A stretch of DNA of 64,000 nucleotides from positions 3,992 through 67,991 of the forward strand of contig JBBRNB010000015.1 of NCBI GenBank assembly GCA_038230535.1, written 5' to 3'. This stretch comes from Thermoanaerobaculia bacterium. Lineage in GTDB: Bacteria; Acidobacteriota; Thermoanaerobaculia; Gp7-AA8. Each line of letters begins with the position of its first letter. The stretch's first letter is position 1. The notes under the pieces are model-generated. The model was given only the letters and a program-made list of their open reading frames with translations, did not search any database and had not been told where the DNA came from. The position numbers and the translations under genes are program-made. Below are positions 43,601-55,600 of this stretch, piece after piece.

Positions 43601-46600
43601 CGGTCATCTCCAGAAACTCCTGCAGCACACTCCGGTTGACCTGTTCCCCACCGTTGACGAAGTGACGGACGGAGCTCAGGTCGTTGCGGGCTCGCGCATG
43701 AGCCGCCTTCAATGACTCGGAGATCAGCTTGTAGCCGAAGTTCGGCGAGAATATGTAAGTGACCCGGAACCTCTCGATCAGGCGTAGCAGATTCAGAGGA
43801 TCGGTCGTGATGTAGTCCGTCTTGACCTGGATGTCGTGACACTGCAGACAGACGCTCTTCAGATGGACGGTCAGGATCGCCGCGACGTGGTCCACCGGCA
43901 TCCAGTTCAGGCAGACGTCGCTTTCGGAATAACCGTGGAACTGCCGGACGCTCTCGCAGTGAGAGATCAAGCCCCTGTGTGTGATTTGAATGCACTTGGG
44001 CACGCCGGTGCTGCCCGAGGTGAGCTGGTAGTAGGCGATGTCGCCTCCGGACGGCTCATGGAGACGCCCGCTCGGCTCGTTTTCCTTCAGCGCTTCCACC
44101 TCGAGCACCTGCACGCCGGGCAGAACGTCCGACCCGAGAGCCGTCAGAGCCGCACGGTTGCTTCGATTGCAGATCATGCGCGGCTCGCCCAGGTGCTTCC
44201 AGACACCGGCCAGTTTCTGCGCGACCGCGTTTTCCCTCGCATAGACCGGCGGCACGGCGACCGTGACCGGAATGTACCCGCCCAGCACGCAACCCCAGAA
44301 GGCGGTGAAGTGGTCGGCCAGGCTTACACACTGGAGGATCACCGGCGTTCCCACGGCAAGCCGCTTCTCCTGGAGTCCTCGGGTGACGCGGGTGGCCAGA
44401 TCCAGCAACCGACGATAGCTGAGGTGGCCCTCGACGCCGTTCTCGTCGACGACCGTCAGCCCTTTGTCTTCCGCTTCCGCCGCCCGCCGCAGGGCCTCGG
44501 TGATCGTGGCCGGAGCGTTTTCCGGAATGATCAGCGGTCCCCCATCGGCGTATGCGGGCGGCGCGTCCTGATTCCCCGCCGTGCTTTGCTGCGCGGGCAG
44601 ACCGGCCATGCTCGTGCGGTAGCTGGCTTCCTGAACGGCCCCGAGGTCTTGAAGATGGTAAAGCCGCTCCCTCCTGCTGTTCAGACGGCTCTCCAATACG
44701 GCGTCGAGCCGGAATGCCTTGCCTTGCAGGAGATGCCACCACATGCTCTGGCAGACTTCACCTTGCTGGCTGATCCGCGCATCGTCGATCGATGACCACG
44801 ACAACAGGTCGGCTTGTGTGTAGATGAATTCGGTGAGCCCGCCGGCAACGTCCCACAGCGTCTCCACCAGAACCTCATCACTGATGATGCCCTTGTACGA
44901 CGGCCACTGCGGCGGCGTCTCTTCTGCCAGCAGGTCGATGGCGGAGATGAGGCCAACATCGAGCCTCGGATCGGCCTGCAGGCCGATCATGTGTCGTATG
45001 CCGGCGTGATGGATCAACCGGGCAACGTGCGCCGGCTCCTCGGCGACGGGAACGGGCACGATGCTCCTTCCCGACATCAATAGCCCGAGGTAGATGAGGA
45101 TCTTCTCTATGCCATCCGGCAGGTGAACGCCGACACGGCCGCCCGCGGGCAGACCGAGTCGTTCGAGATTGGCCGCGATCCGCCGGCATTGCTCCGCTGC
45201 TTCGGCATAAGTGACCTGTCTGCCTCCTGCGATCAGCGCAATCTCGTCTTCATGCCGGCTGAAGATTCGCTTCAGGCGCGTCTGCACAGTGTCCTTGAAC
45301 TGCGCGGGCCGCCTGGTCCATCGCTGCCTGATCTGCCGCTGCTGGGCGGCGGTCAGCACGGATAGACGCCCGATGGGTCGATGAGGCTCCCGCGCGACCG
45401 TCGTAAGAATGCGCTCGTAGGCAGCGATGAATGCCTCGATTCGGCTCCGCCGGTAGAGGTGGCTCGAGTAGGTCCAGGTTCCCGCAATGGTCTCGCCCCG
45501 ATCGAATACTTCCACGACCTGATCGAAAACGGATACCTGACGATCGAAATCGAACCGCTCGACCGCGCGGCCATTGAAGGTGCCGAAGTCCGGATTCTGT
45601 TGCTGGACGAACGCGTGCTGAATCAGGGGATTTCGATTCGCTTCCCGTTTGACGCCGAGCCGGTCCACGACTTTCTCGAATGGGGCATCCTGATTGGCCT
45701 GGACTTCCCTCGTGCTCCTGTTCAGCTCCACCAGGTAGTCGGTGAACGGCATGCCGGGATCGATCCGGCTGCGGAGCACGACGGTATTGGCAAACATCCC
45801 AATGAGGCCTGCCGTGCCGCCATACTGTCGATTGGCGATTGGACTGCCGATGCAGATGTCTTCCTGCCCGCTGTAGCGGTAAAGCATTCCATTGAAGGCC
45901 GCCAGGAGGATCACATAGAGGCTGCAGTTCTGACTCCGCGCAAGACTCTTCACTTCCCGGGTCAGCCGCGCGTCCAGGTGGAAGGTCTCGATCGCTCCTT
46001 CAAAGCGCTGCACGGCCGGTCTCGGGTAGTCCGTATCCAGGTCCAGACTCTCCGGCATGCCCGCCAGTTTTCCCTGCCAATACGCGAGCTGCCGATCCAG
46101 AACGCCGCTCTCTTCCAGCCACTTTCGTTGCCAGACCGTGTAGTCGACGTATTGAATCGGCAGCGAAGGCAGGTCGTTGCTCCTGCCTTGCATGATCTGG
46201 CTCAACTCTGCCGTAAGAACCCCCATGGACCATGCGTCACTGATGATGTGATGCATGTTGAGCATCAGGACATGCTCTTCCGGAGTGAGTCTGATGATCT
46301 TTCCTCTGATGAGCGGCCCCACGGCCAGATCAAATGGCGTCGCTGCTTCCGCCTGACATATCTCCCGGGCCGTCGTCAGGTGGTGGCGATGTTCCCCATG
46401 GCCGCCGAGATCGATGCGCTCCAGTCTGAAGTCCAGATGGTCCAGGATCCATTGCCGGGCTTCGCCGGCGTCGCTGGGAAATACGGTCCGCAGAGTGTCA
46501 TGGCGGGCGATGACCAGGTTCAGTGCCCGCTCCAGTTGGCCGATGTCCAGCAGCCCTTTGATGCTGACTGCACCGGCGATGTTGTAAATCGCGCTGTCCG

Positions 46601-49600
46601 GCTCCAGTTGATTGATGAACCAGAGCCTCTCCTGCGCGAAGCTCAGCGGCAGTCGATCGAATTCTTCCCTGTTGACAGGGAGGATCGGGGGGATCCGGCT
46701 AGGCGCTGGCAGCGGTTGCGCCGCTTCCGCCGAAGGCTGCTCCTGCACGGACGAAACGGCCAGCTCCGGCACCTGCGTTTGCGACTGGGCGTGTCGAGTC
46801 ACCGTCAAAGCATCGATCTCGGCCCGGTATGCCGCCGCCAGATACGCCGCGAATTGCCGGATGTCGGTATGTTCGAACGCCGCGGCCGGCGACACGTTCT
46901 CCTGCAAGAGGCGACTCGTTTTCTCGATGAGGTCCGTGACGTCGAGAGAAGTGAGGCCTGATTCGAAAAAACCCTGATCGGGAGCGATCTCCGCGATGGG
47001 TCTCTGAAGTTTCAGAGCGAGCTCCTGCTTCAGGAACAGCTCCATCTTCTCTTCCGCGGTCAGGGTGCGCGAGCTCCCTTCGCCAGCCGTCGCGGAAAAT
47101 CGCCATTGTGACGATGTTGCGGGTGAAGATTCTGCGATTGGCGCCGGCATTGTGGAATGACCGGCTTCCGGTGCGGCAGCGACCTCCGCTCGGGCCGGCA
47201 TGTCGATCCAATACCGCTCCCTGGCAAAGGGATAGAGCGGGAGGCTGATGCGCCGCGGTCTTGCGTCTCCATAGAGCGCACGCCAGTCCACCTCGTGTCC
47301 CCGAGCCCACAGGTCCAGCAGCTTTGTGAGCTTCCTATCCTCAATCCAACGATCGACGATCTGCTTCAGATCGTCCCGATCGAAGAGGGCCGGAACGTTT
47401 CCGTTCCCCGCTCTGGCCTCGTAAACGCCGTCGATCTCGCCGCCGACGAGCCATGCCTCCAGTTTTTCGGCCAGCTCATCGACGGTGTTGGCCAGGATGC
47501 CGAGGCGCTCCTCCATCGCTTCCCTGCCCGTTTGCAGCGTGTAGGCGATCGAGCCGAGATCGTCCTTGTTTTCATCGTGGAGGAAGGCCGCGAGGTCGCG
47601 CGCTTTCTGCTTCAGTTGCTCCGGCGTGCGCGCCGATAGCGGAATGGCCACGCCTGGGGGCCGGCCGGCGGCCGCAGTGGGATGGTCGATCCCTGTCGGG
47701 CCGTCGTATTCCTCCACAACGAGGTGTGCATTCGATCCGCCTGCGCCGAACGAAGAGATGCCGGCGATTCTCGGTTGCGCCCGACCGTCGATCATCGGCC
47801 GGTCCCATGCTCGCAACGTCTGATTCACCACGAACGGCGTTTTGTCGAATTCGATATACGGGCTCGGCGGCGACGCATGCAGCGAGGGAGCGATCTGGTG
47901 ATACTGCATCTGCAGCAGGACCTTCGTCAGTCCCGCAATCCCCGCGGCTGACTCGCAATGCCCGATGTTGGACTTTGCGGAGCCGATGAGACAGAACCCG
48001 GTATCGGCAGTGTCGCGCTGGAAGGCCTTGCTCAGCGCCGCGATCTCGATCGGGTCACCCAGCCTGGTGCCGGTGCCGTGCGCTTCGATGTAGCTGACGT
48101 CGCGCGCGTTGACGTTGGCTTCCGCCAGGGCAATGCTGATCGCTCCTGCCTGGGCGATCAGATTGGGAACGGTATAGCGATTCGTCCTCCCGCCGTGATT
48201 GAGCGCGCTTCCTCGTATCACTCCGTAGATGTGGTCGCCGTCTCTCTCGGCTTCGGGCAATCGTTTCAGGACGACTGCCCCCACTCCCTCGCCGGGGATA
48301 TAGCCGTCGCCCCCCTCGCCGAAGCTCCGGCACTCGTTCCCGGCGGAAATCGACTGACCGGCGCTAAGCATCAGGTATTTGTTGGGATGGATGGTGACGT
48401 TTACCCCGCCGGCGATGGCCAGATCGGTGCGCCCCAGTTTCAGATCCTGACAGGCCAGATGAATGGCGGTCAGTGAAGAGGAGCACATGGTGTCCACCGC
48501 CATGCTAGGACCATGGACGTTCAGCACGTACGAGACGCGATTGGCGATGTTCGCCGGATTGCCGGCAAAGGCCATGCGCCTCCCTTGCAGGCTCGCTTCG
48601 GCGCCGAAGAGCTGGTATTCGGCGTACATCACGCCGGCGTAGACGCCGACCTGACCGGCCAGACCAAACGCGTGAGGAATCTGAAGACTGGCGCGCGTGT
48701 AGCCGGCGTCTTCGATGGCCGTCCAGGCGTGCTGCAGGAAGAGGCGCTCCTGGGGATCCAGGAATGGTGCGTCCGCCGGTGCGATGTTGAAGAAGCGGGG
48801 ATCAAATTCATCGACGCCCGGAATGAACCCGCCCCATTTACTGGAGTGGTCTCCGCTCTTCCCTCTATCGTCGCTGTGATACTCCCGCCAATTCCAGCGC
48901 TCTTCGGGAACCTCGACGATGCAGTTCTTCCCTTCGCGCAGGTTTTGCCAGTAAGCCGCGATGCCGGCGGCTTCCGGATACCGGCCGCTCAATCCGATGA
49001 TGGCGATCGGCTCGGCAGCCGTCGTTCGAGAGGGGGCATTGCGCAGCGCGTCGAAGCGTCCGATGGAAGGCCGCAGCGATTCCGGCGGAGTCTCCGCCGA
49101 TTCCATCCGGCCATCTCCTGGAGCGGCAAAGAGCGAAGCCACTGTGTCCGGATACGTCTCGAGGAAGTGCCTGCCTAGTTCATGAACGGTCTGAAACTCG
49201 AAGAAGAGAGTCTTCGGGAGTGAGCCGAAGGTCTTCTCCAGGCGATTGGTGAGATTCATCGCCAGGATCGAATCGATACCATACCTCTCGAACGGAGCCT
49301 GAGAATCGATCTGCGCAACGGGCAGCTTCAGCTCCAGGGAGAGCTGTTCCCTCAGGTAGTCTTCCAGGAGGTTCAGTGTGCTGGCATTCGCGGCGGCGGC
49401 GATCGGCTCGCGCGGTGGCGTGGGGCCCGGCTGCAACGGCCGGTCCGGCAAGGTGCGGCGCATCTTCGCGACGTCGCCTTCCACGACCAGAATCTGTTCG
49501 TGTTCCGAAGCCAGACACTGGCGAAAGGCACGCATGCCGGCCGCCGTCGGCAGCGGGCGGATACCGGTCGCCTCTCGCAGTCTGGCCAGACTCGTTTCGT

Positions 49601-52600
49601 CGACTCGCATTCCGCCTTCCTGCCATAAGGGCCAGTTGATGGCTAGGGTCTTCCCGGTTCTCTCGCCTGTGGCCACAAGATGATTGCGATAACGGGCGAA
49701 CCAGTCCATGAAACCGTTCGCGGCCGCATAGTCCGCCTGTCCCGGATTTCCCTGCGACGCGGCGATCGAAGAGAAGAGGACCACGAAATCGAGATCCATG
49801 TCGCGGCTGGCCTGATCCAGATTGAAGGTCCCAGCGACCTTCGGTGCCAGTACGCGGCTGAAGTCATCCGCCGTCTTCTTCAGGATGAAACTGTCGCTGA
49901 TGATCCCGGCGCAGTGCAGGATTCCGTCGAGCCGTCCGTGCTCCTTGCGAATGGCGGTCATGAGCCGGCTGACCTGAGCCGGGTCGCCGGCGTCGAGTTG
50001 GCGATACTCGGCTATGCCCGTGAGGGATCTCACGATTTCCTGACTGGCCGCCGTCAATGCGGAACGGCCCGCCAGAATGACTCTGCCGTCCGCGCACTGC
50101 CGGAGGATCTCCCTGGTGAAGAGGATGCCCAGGCCTCCCAGCCCGCCGGTAATCAGATAAACGCCGCGATCTTTGAATCCGGCGAGTGGCCGGTCTCCGT
50201 CAGATCGGATTTCCTGCCACTCCCGGACCTGGCGCGTACCGTCCTGATACCGGATCACCGTGTCCGGCACGGCTGTGCGGTTCTCGTCGAGTTGTTCTGC
50301 CAGACGGTCCGCGTCGATCTGCGGGTCGGTGAGAATGATCTGGCCCGCCAGTCGCGGGTTCTCCAGTGCGGCGGTCTCGAGCAGGCCGGACAGTCCCGCG
50401 ATCAGTGCCGGCTCCGGCTCATTTGCGGCGATGATCTGGACAAGGACGCGAGCCGTGGATTTATGCTCGAGCAGATCGCGGATCCGCTCGAAACAGGCCA
50501 GCGCATGATGACTGTACCTTTCCGCAAGATTGAGCTCCGGCGATGAGAGGACTACGCACCGGCTGTGCTCGACGAGGGATTCAAGCCGCCCGGTGTCTAT
50601 GTGCGGCAGATCGCACACGATGATGTGTCTTTCCGCCCCTTCGAAGCGAGTTGCTGCCGGCGACGCCACAGCGACACTGGACCGCCACACCGGAACGGCG
50701 AGTAAGGTGTCTTCCCGCTGCGCCGCTTTCAGTCTTGTGGAGAGCTCCTGCAACTGTACGCAGACATTCCCCTGCGCATCGCATACGTCGATGTCGAGTT
50801 TGACAACCTTCTCTTGCGGGTTACTGCCGGGCGCATGGCGCACCCACGCGAGCATCTCCTTCTGGCAGGGAGCCAGAATGCGCAGCGACGTCAGAGCAAA
50901 AGGCAGGAATGCTCCGGCAGGCCGATCGCGATCATCGATGAGACCGATGGCGGCCTGCAGGGCACTATCCAGCAGACTGGGGTGCAGCCCATAGTCACTC
51001 CAACTCGCGTCCACGGCCGGCGGTAATCGCAGCTCTGCGAGAACCTCTCTTTCGCCCGTCCGGATCGATGTGATTCCGCGGAACGCCGGGCCGTACTCGA
51101 GCCCCACCCGCATGAACGCCTCGTAGACGCGGTCCGGATCGACCGTCTGCTGCATCTTCGTCCTGAGGCGCTCGAGGTCCAGCCTGCCGGGACGTTCCTT
51201 ACGGCTGAACGAGGCCTGCCCCTGGCAATGAACGACCTCGTTCTCCCCATGACCGGTATGAATCTCGTAGTCGGCCTGTCCCTTTGCGTTGGGAACGAGG
51301 GCAATGCTGACTTGCGTTCTGCCGGACGCCACGATTGGCTGCGCCCAGACCGTATTGTGCAGTTCCAGCGTGGCCGCCTCCGGTCTTTCCGGAGCCGCGC
51401 ACTCCATCGCAGCGCGGATCATTTCGAGATACGCCACTGCCGGGAGGACCCTTTGTCCGCTCACCCGGTGATCCTTTAGGAAGAACTCGCCGCCGCTGAA
51501 CGTGGAGCCATAGCTCTGCCGCTCGAGAGTCGACGTATTGCTGTGTAGCAAGGGATGGAGGACGTCGCTCGTCACGCGGCTGGACATGGAGCCCCTTGGG
51601 CCCATGGGGCCTGCATTCGCCACCATGTCGATCCAGTAGCGATCCCTCGCAAACGGATAGCCCGGCAGGGCAATGCGTCCCGGCCTATCCTCGTCGTAGA
51701 GTTTGTCCCAGTCGAGGTCCAGTCCCTGAACCCACAGCTCGACGAGCTTCGAGAGTTTCCCCTGAGCGATCCACGTTTCTACGCCTTCCTGCCGTTCAGC
51801 CTCGGTCACCTCATTGCGATTGGCCGTGCCTCGCCAGGTGTCATCGAGCTCCTGCTCGCCGTTGAGAAACGCCTGCAGTCTCGCCGTGAGCTGCTCGATC
51901 GAGCCGGCCACGAAGCCGAGCCGCTCTTCCATCGCCTCCCGGCCAACCTGCAAGGTATACGCGATCTGCGAAAGCGTCACCGCCGGCTCCGAGCGCACAA
52001 ACTCCAGCAAGTCGCCTGCTTTCCGGAGCAACTGTTCCTCGGTTCGTGCAGACAGCGGAACGATCACGCTGGTAAGCAAAGGAGAGGGGGAATGAGCCGT
52101 GCGGGCTTCGCCGGGCGCCTCATACTCCTGCACGATGACGTGCGCGTTGGCGCCGCCCGCTCCGAACGAAGAGATGCCCGCGATTCGGGGACGCGCCTCG
52201 CCGGCGACGACCGGCCGCTCCCATTCCGTCAGCGAACGATTGAGCTCGAACGGAGTTTTCCGGAGATCAATATTCGGATTCGACTCCGTGGCATTGAGGG
52301 AAGGGACGATCTTGCGGTGCTTCATCTGCAGCAGCACCTTGGTCAATCCGGCGATCCCGGCTGCGGAATCGAGGTGTCCGATGTTCGACTTCGCCGAGCC
52401 GAGCTTGCAGAAGCCGGTGTCCATGGTGTCCGGCTGAAACGCCTGTAGCAGGCCGGTAATCTCGATGGGATCGCCGAGCGCCGTGCCGGTGCCGTGAGCC
52501 TCGATGTAACTGACGTCGCGGGCGTGAATGCCGGCTTTGTCCAACGCGTGGCGGATCAGTTCGGCTTGCGCCGTGGGATTGGGGACCGTGTAACCGTTCG

Positions 52601-55600
52601 TCTTACCGCCGTGGTTGACGTTCGTGGCTACGATCAATCCATGAATGACGTCGTCGTCCGCCAGCGCGGCGGCGAGAGGCTTCAGCAGCACGACGCCAAC
52701 CCCCTCTCCAGGTACGAAGCCATTACCGCCGGCACCGAAGCTCCTGCAGAGACCGTCGGTGGAGAGCATGTGCTGCGCGCTCAGGCCGATGTAGCTGGAA
52801 GGATGCAGGTTGAGATTGACGCCGCCCGCAAACGCGAGACTGCACTCGCCGCGATGAATGTGCTCGCAAGCCTCGTGAATCGCGGTCAGCGAGGAGGAGC
52901 ACATCGTGTCGACCGGCATGCTCGGGCCGGTGATATCGAGGAAGTACGACAGCCGGTTGGCCACTGAACTGAACGAGGTAGTGGGAAAGAACTTCGCGTC
53001 GCGGATCCCCGCCATCGTTCCGTAAAGGCTGTATCCCGGACGGGTGATCCCGGCGAAGACTCCTACCTTCTGCCTGTATTTCGTACGAAGCGCGCGGCGT
53101 GTATAGCCGGAGCTCTCCAAGGCCTGCCAGGCGGTTTGCAGAAAGAGTCTCTCCTGCGGATCCATGTTCAGCGCATCGCGCGGCGCGATGCCGAAGAAGA
53201 GAGCATCGAACTCGGCAAAGCGGTCGAGGAATCCGCCCCATTTGGAATAGCTCTTTCCCTGCTCGATGGCCTCCTGCTCATCCGGCTCATAGAAACCTTC
53301 CAGTGGCCAGCGATCCGGCGGGATTTCACCTATGCAATTCCTGCCGGATTGGAGGTTCTCCCAGTACTCTTCGAGGGTCGCCGCCCGCGGATACATCCCG
53401 CTGATTCCGATGATGGCGATGGGCTCCTGTCGCCCGACGGCACTGGAAACGGCGATTCGATGAGGCATCTGCCGTTCTTCCAGCGTCTTCGCCTCCGCCG
53501 GCCTGCTTGCAAGTCCGGTCCATGCGGAGCATTCCTTCGCGTGCTCGCGAATGAAGTATGTGGTGAGCTCCGACAGCGTCCGGTATTCGAAGAACAGCGT
53601 TCTGGAAATCTCTCCGAAGACGGTGACCAGCTCGGCATTCAGTTCGTTGATGGAGAGGGAATCGATGCCGTAGGCGGAGAGGGCTTCGTGCTCGTCGATC
53701 GCGGCGGGCGAAAGCTTTAAAGTCCGAGCGAGCATCTGTTTTAACTTCAGCAGCACTCCGGCATGCAGAGACCCAGCATCACGGGCTCCTGGCTCTTGCT
53801 CAATCTCGAATGAATCCGCCGCGGCTTCAATCCGCGATTCGGCCTGTGTATCGATCCAGAAGCGCTCCCTGGCGAAGGGATAACCGGGAAGGCTGACGCG
53901 ACGCGGTTTGTCTTCGCCATAGAGCCGGTTCCAGTCGATCTCCAGTCCCCGCACCCAGAGCTCCGCCACCCGGGACAACTGTCCTCGGGCGATCCACTTG
54001 CCAGAGATCTCCTGCAGATCCACGTCTTCGCCGAGCCACGGCAGCGACTCTCGATTGCGCTTCACCTGCCCCCGAGACATCTCCGCGATCTGTTCATCGC
54101 CGCGGACGAACGCCTCGAGCTTCTCCACCAGCTCTCCGATCGAACCCGCGATGAAGACGGCGCGCTCGGCCATTGCTTCCCGCCCCACCTGCAGCGTGTA
54201 GGCAATCTCCGCCAGCGTGCTGACCGGCTCCTCAGTGGTGCGGAGGAGCTCCAACAACTCGCGCCCTTTCTCGCGTAGTTGCTCCTCCGTTCTGGCGGAG
54301 AGGGGGACGATGACGCGCGTAGACGAAACCGTTCGTTCCGGTGCCAGAGATCGATATTCTTCGATGACCACGTGCGCGTTGGTGCCGCTGCGCCCGAAGG
54401 CGCTCACCGCTCCAAGAAACGGCTTGTTCTCTTCCCTCTCCCAGGCCCGCGTTGTCTTGTTCACGTAGAACGGAGTGTCCTGCCAGGTGATGTACTCGTT
54501 CTCTTCGTCACAATGCAGGCTGGCCGGGATGGCATGGTGCTCCATCCCTTTGAGCAGACTCACCACACTGACCAGACCGGAGGCCGCCATCGTGTGCCCC
54601 AGATTGCTCTTACAGCTCGTGATGGCGCATCGTCCCGGCCGCCCTTGCTGGCCCAGATTTCTGAAGGCCGTATTCAGCGCGTCGATCTCCACCGGATCCC
54701 CCAATGGAGTCCCCGTCCCGTGCGTGACGATGTGCCTGATCTCGCCGGCATCCACGCGTTCCTTGTTGTAAATGCTCTCGATCAGTTCCGCCTGACTCCT
54801 GCCGTTCGGCGCTGTTACACCATTCGTCCGGCCGTCGAAGTTCACTCCGCTCGCTTTCACCACCCCATGGATCCGGTCGCCCGCCGCAACCGCCGCCGCA
54901 AGCGGCTTGAGCATCAAGACGACTACCGCTTCTCCCACGCCGATCCCGTTGGCAATCCTGGCGAAGCTGCGGCACTGACCATCCGGAGACAGCATGCCTG
55001 CCTCGCTCATCACCATGTAGCTTGCTACCGAGAGACTCAGCGACACACCCGCCACCAGCGCCGAGGAGCAGGCCGTGTTGGTGGCCATGGCCAGACCGCG
55101 CAGATCCAGAAAGTACGACAGCCGCGACGAGATCATGGCGTTCCCGCTGGTCGTGATCCCCCGCCGCCCGGTCATCAGCTCGTATTGACTCTCCTCCATT
55201 CCGGCGAATACGCTGGTCCTCGACCCGCGCAGCGACGATGGCGAGATTCCGGCGTTTTCAATGGCCCGGTACGCCTCCATCAGCAGCAATCGCTCGCCCG
55301 GATCCATCTGCTCGGCTTCCCGCGGCGAGACTTCGAAGAACATCGGATCGAACTCGTCCACGCCCTCGATGAAACCGCCCAGATTCGTGCTGATCCTGTT
55401 CTTCTTGTCGCCGGACCCGCTGTAGTACTCGCGCCAGTTCCAACGGGAGTCCGGGATCTCCGTGATCGCGCTCCTCCCTTCAGCCAGCAGCGTCCACAAT
55501 TGATCGACCGTCCGCGCTCCAGGAAAGCGCCCGGACATGCCGATGATGGCGATGGCTTCCTTACCGGATTCGCGGTGGATGAGAACCGGCTCCACCCGCG

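Noticed and set aside
42900-44560. Reading the inner adenylation domain as a fatty acyl-AMP ligase starter
   Set aside because: It is internal, follows a C domain and precedes a KR and PCP, and it matches PksJ/CrpD-type keto-acid A motifs. It is not fully excluded without phylogeny.
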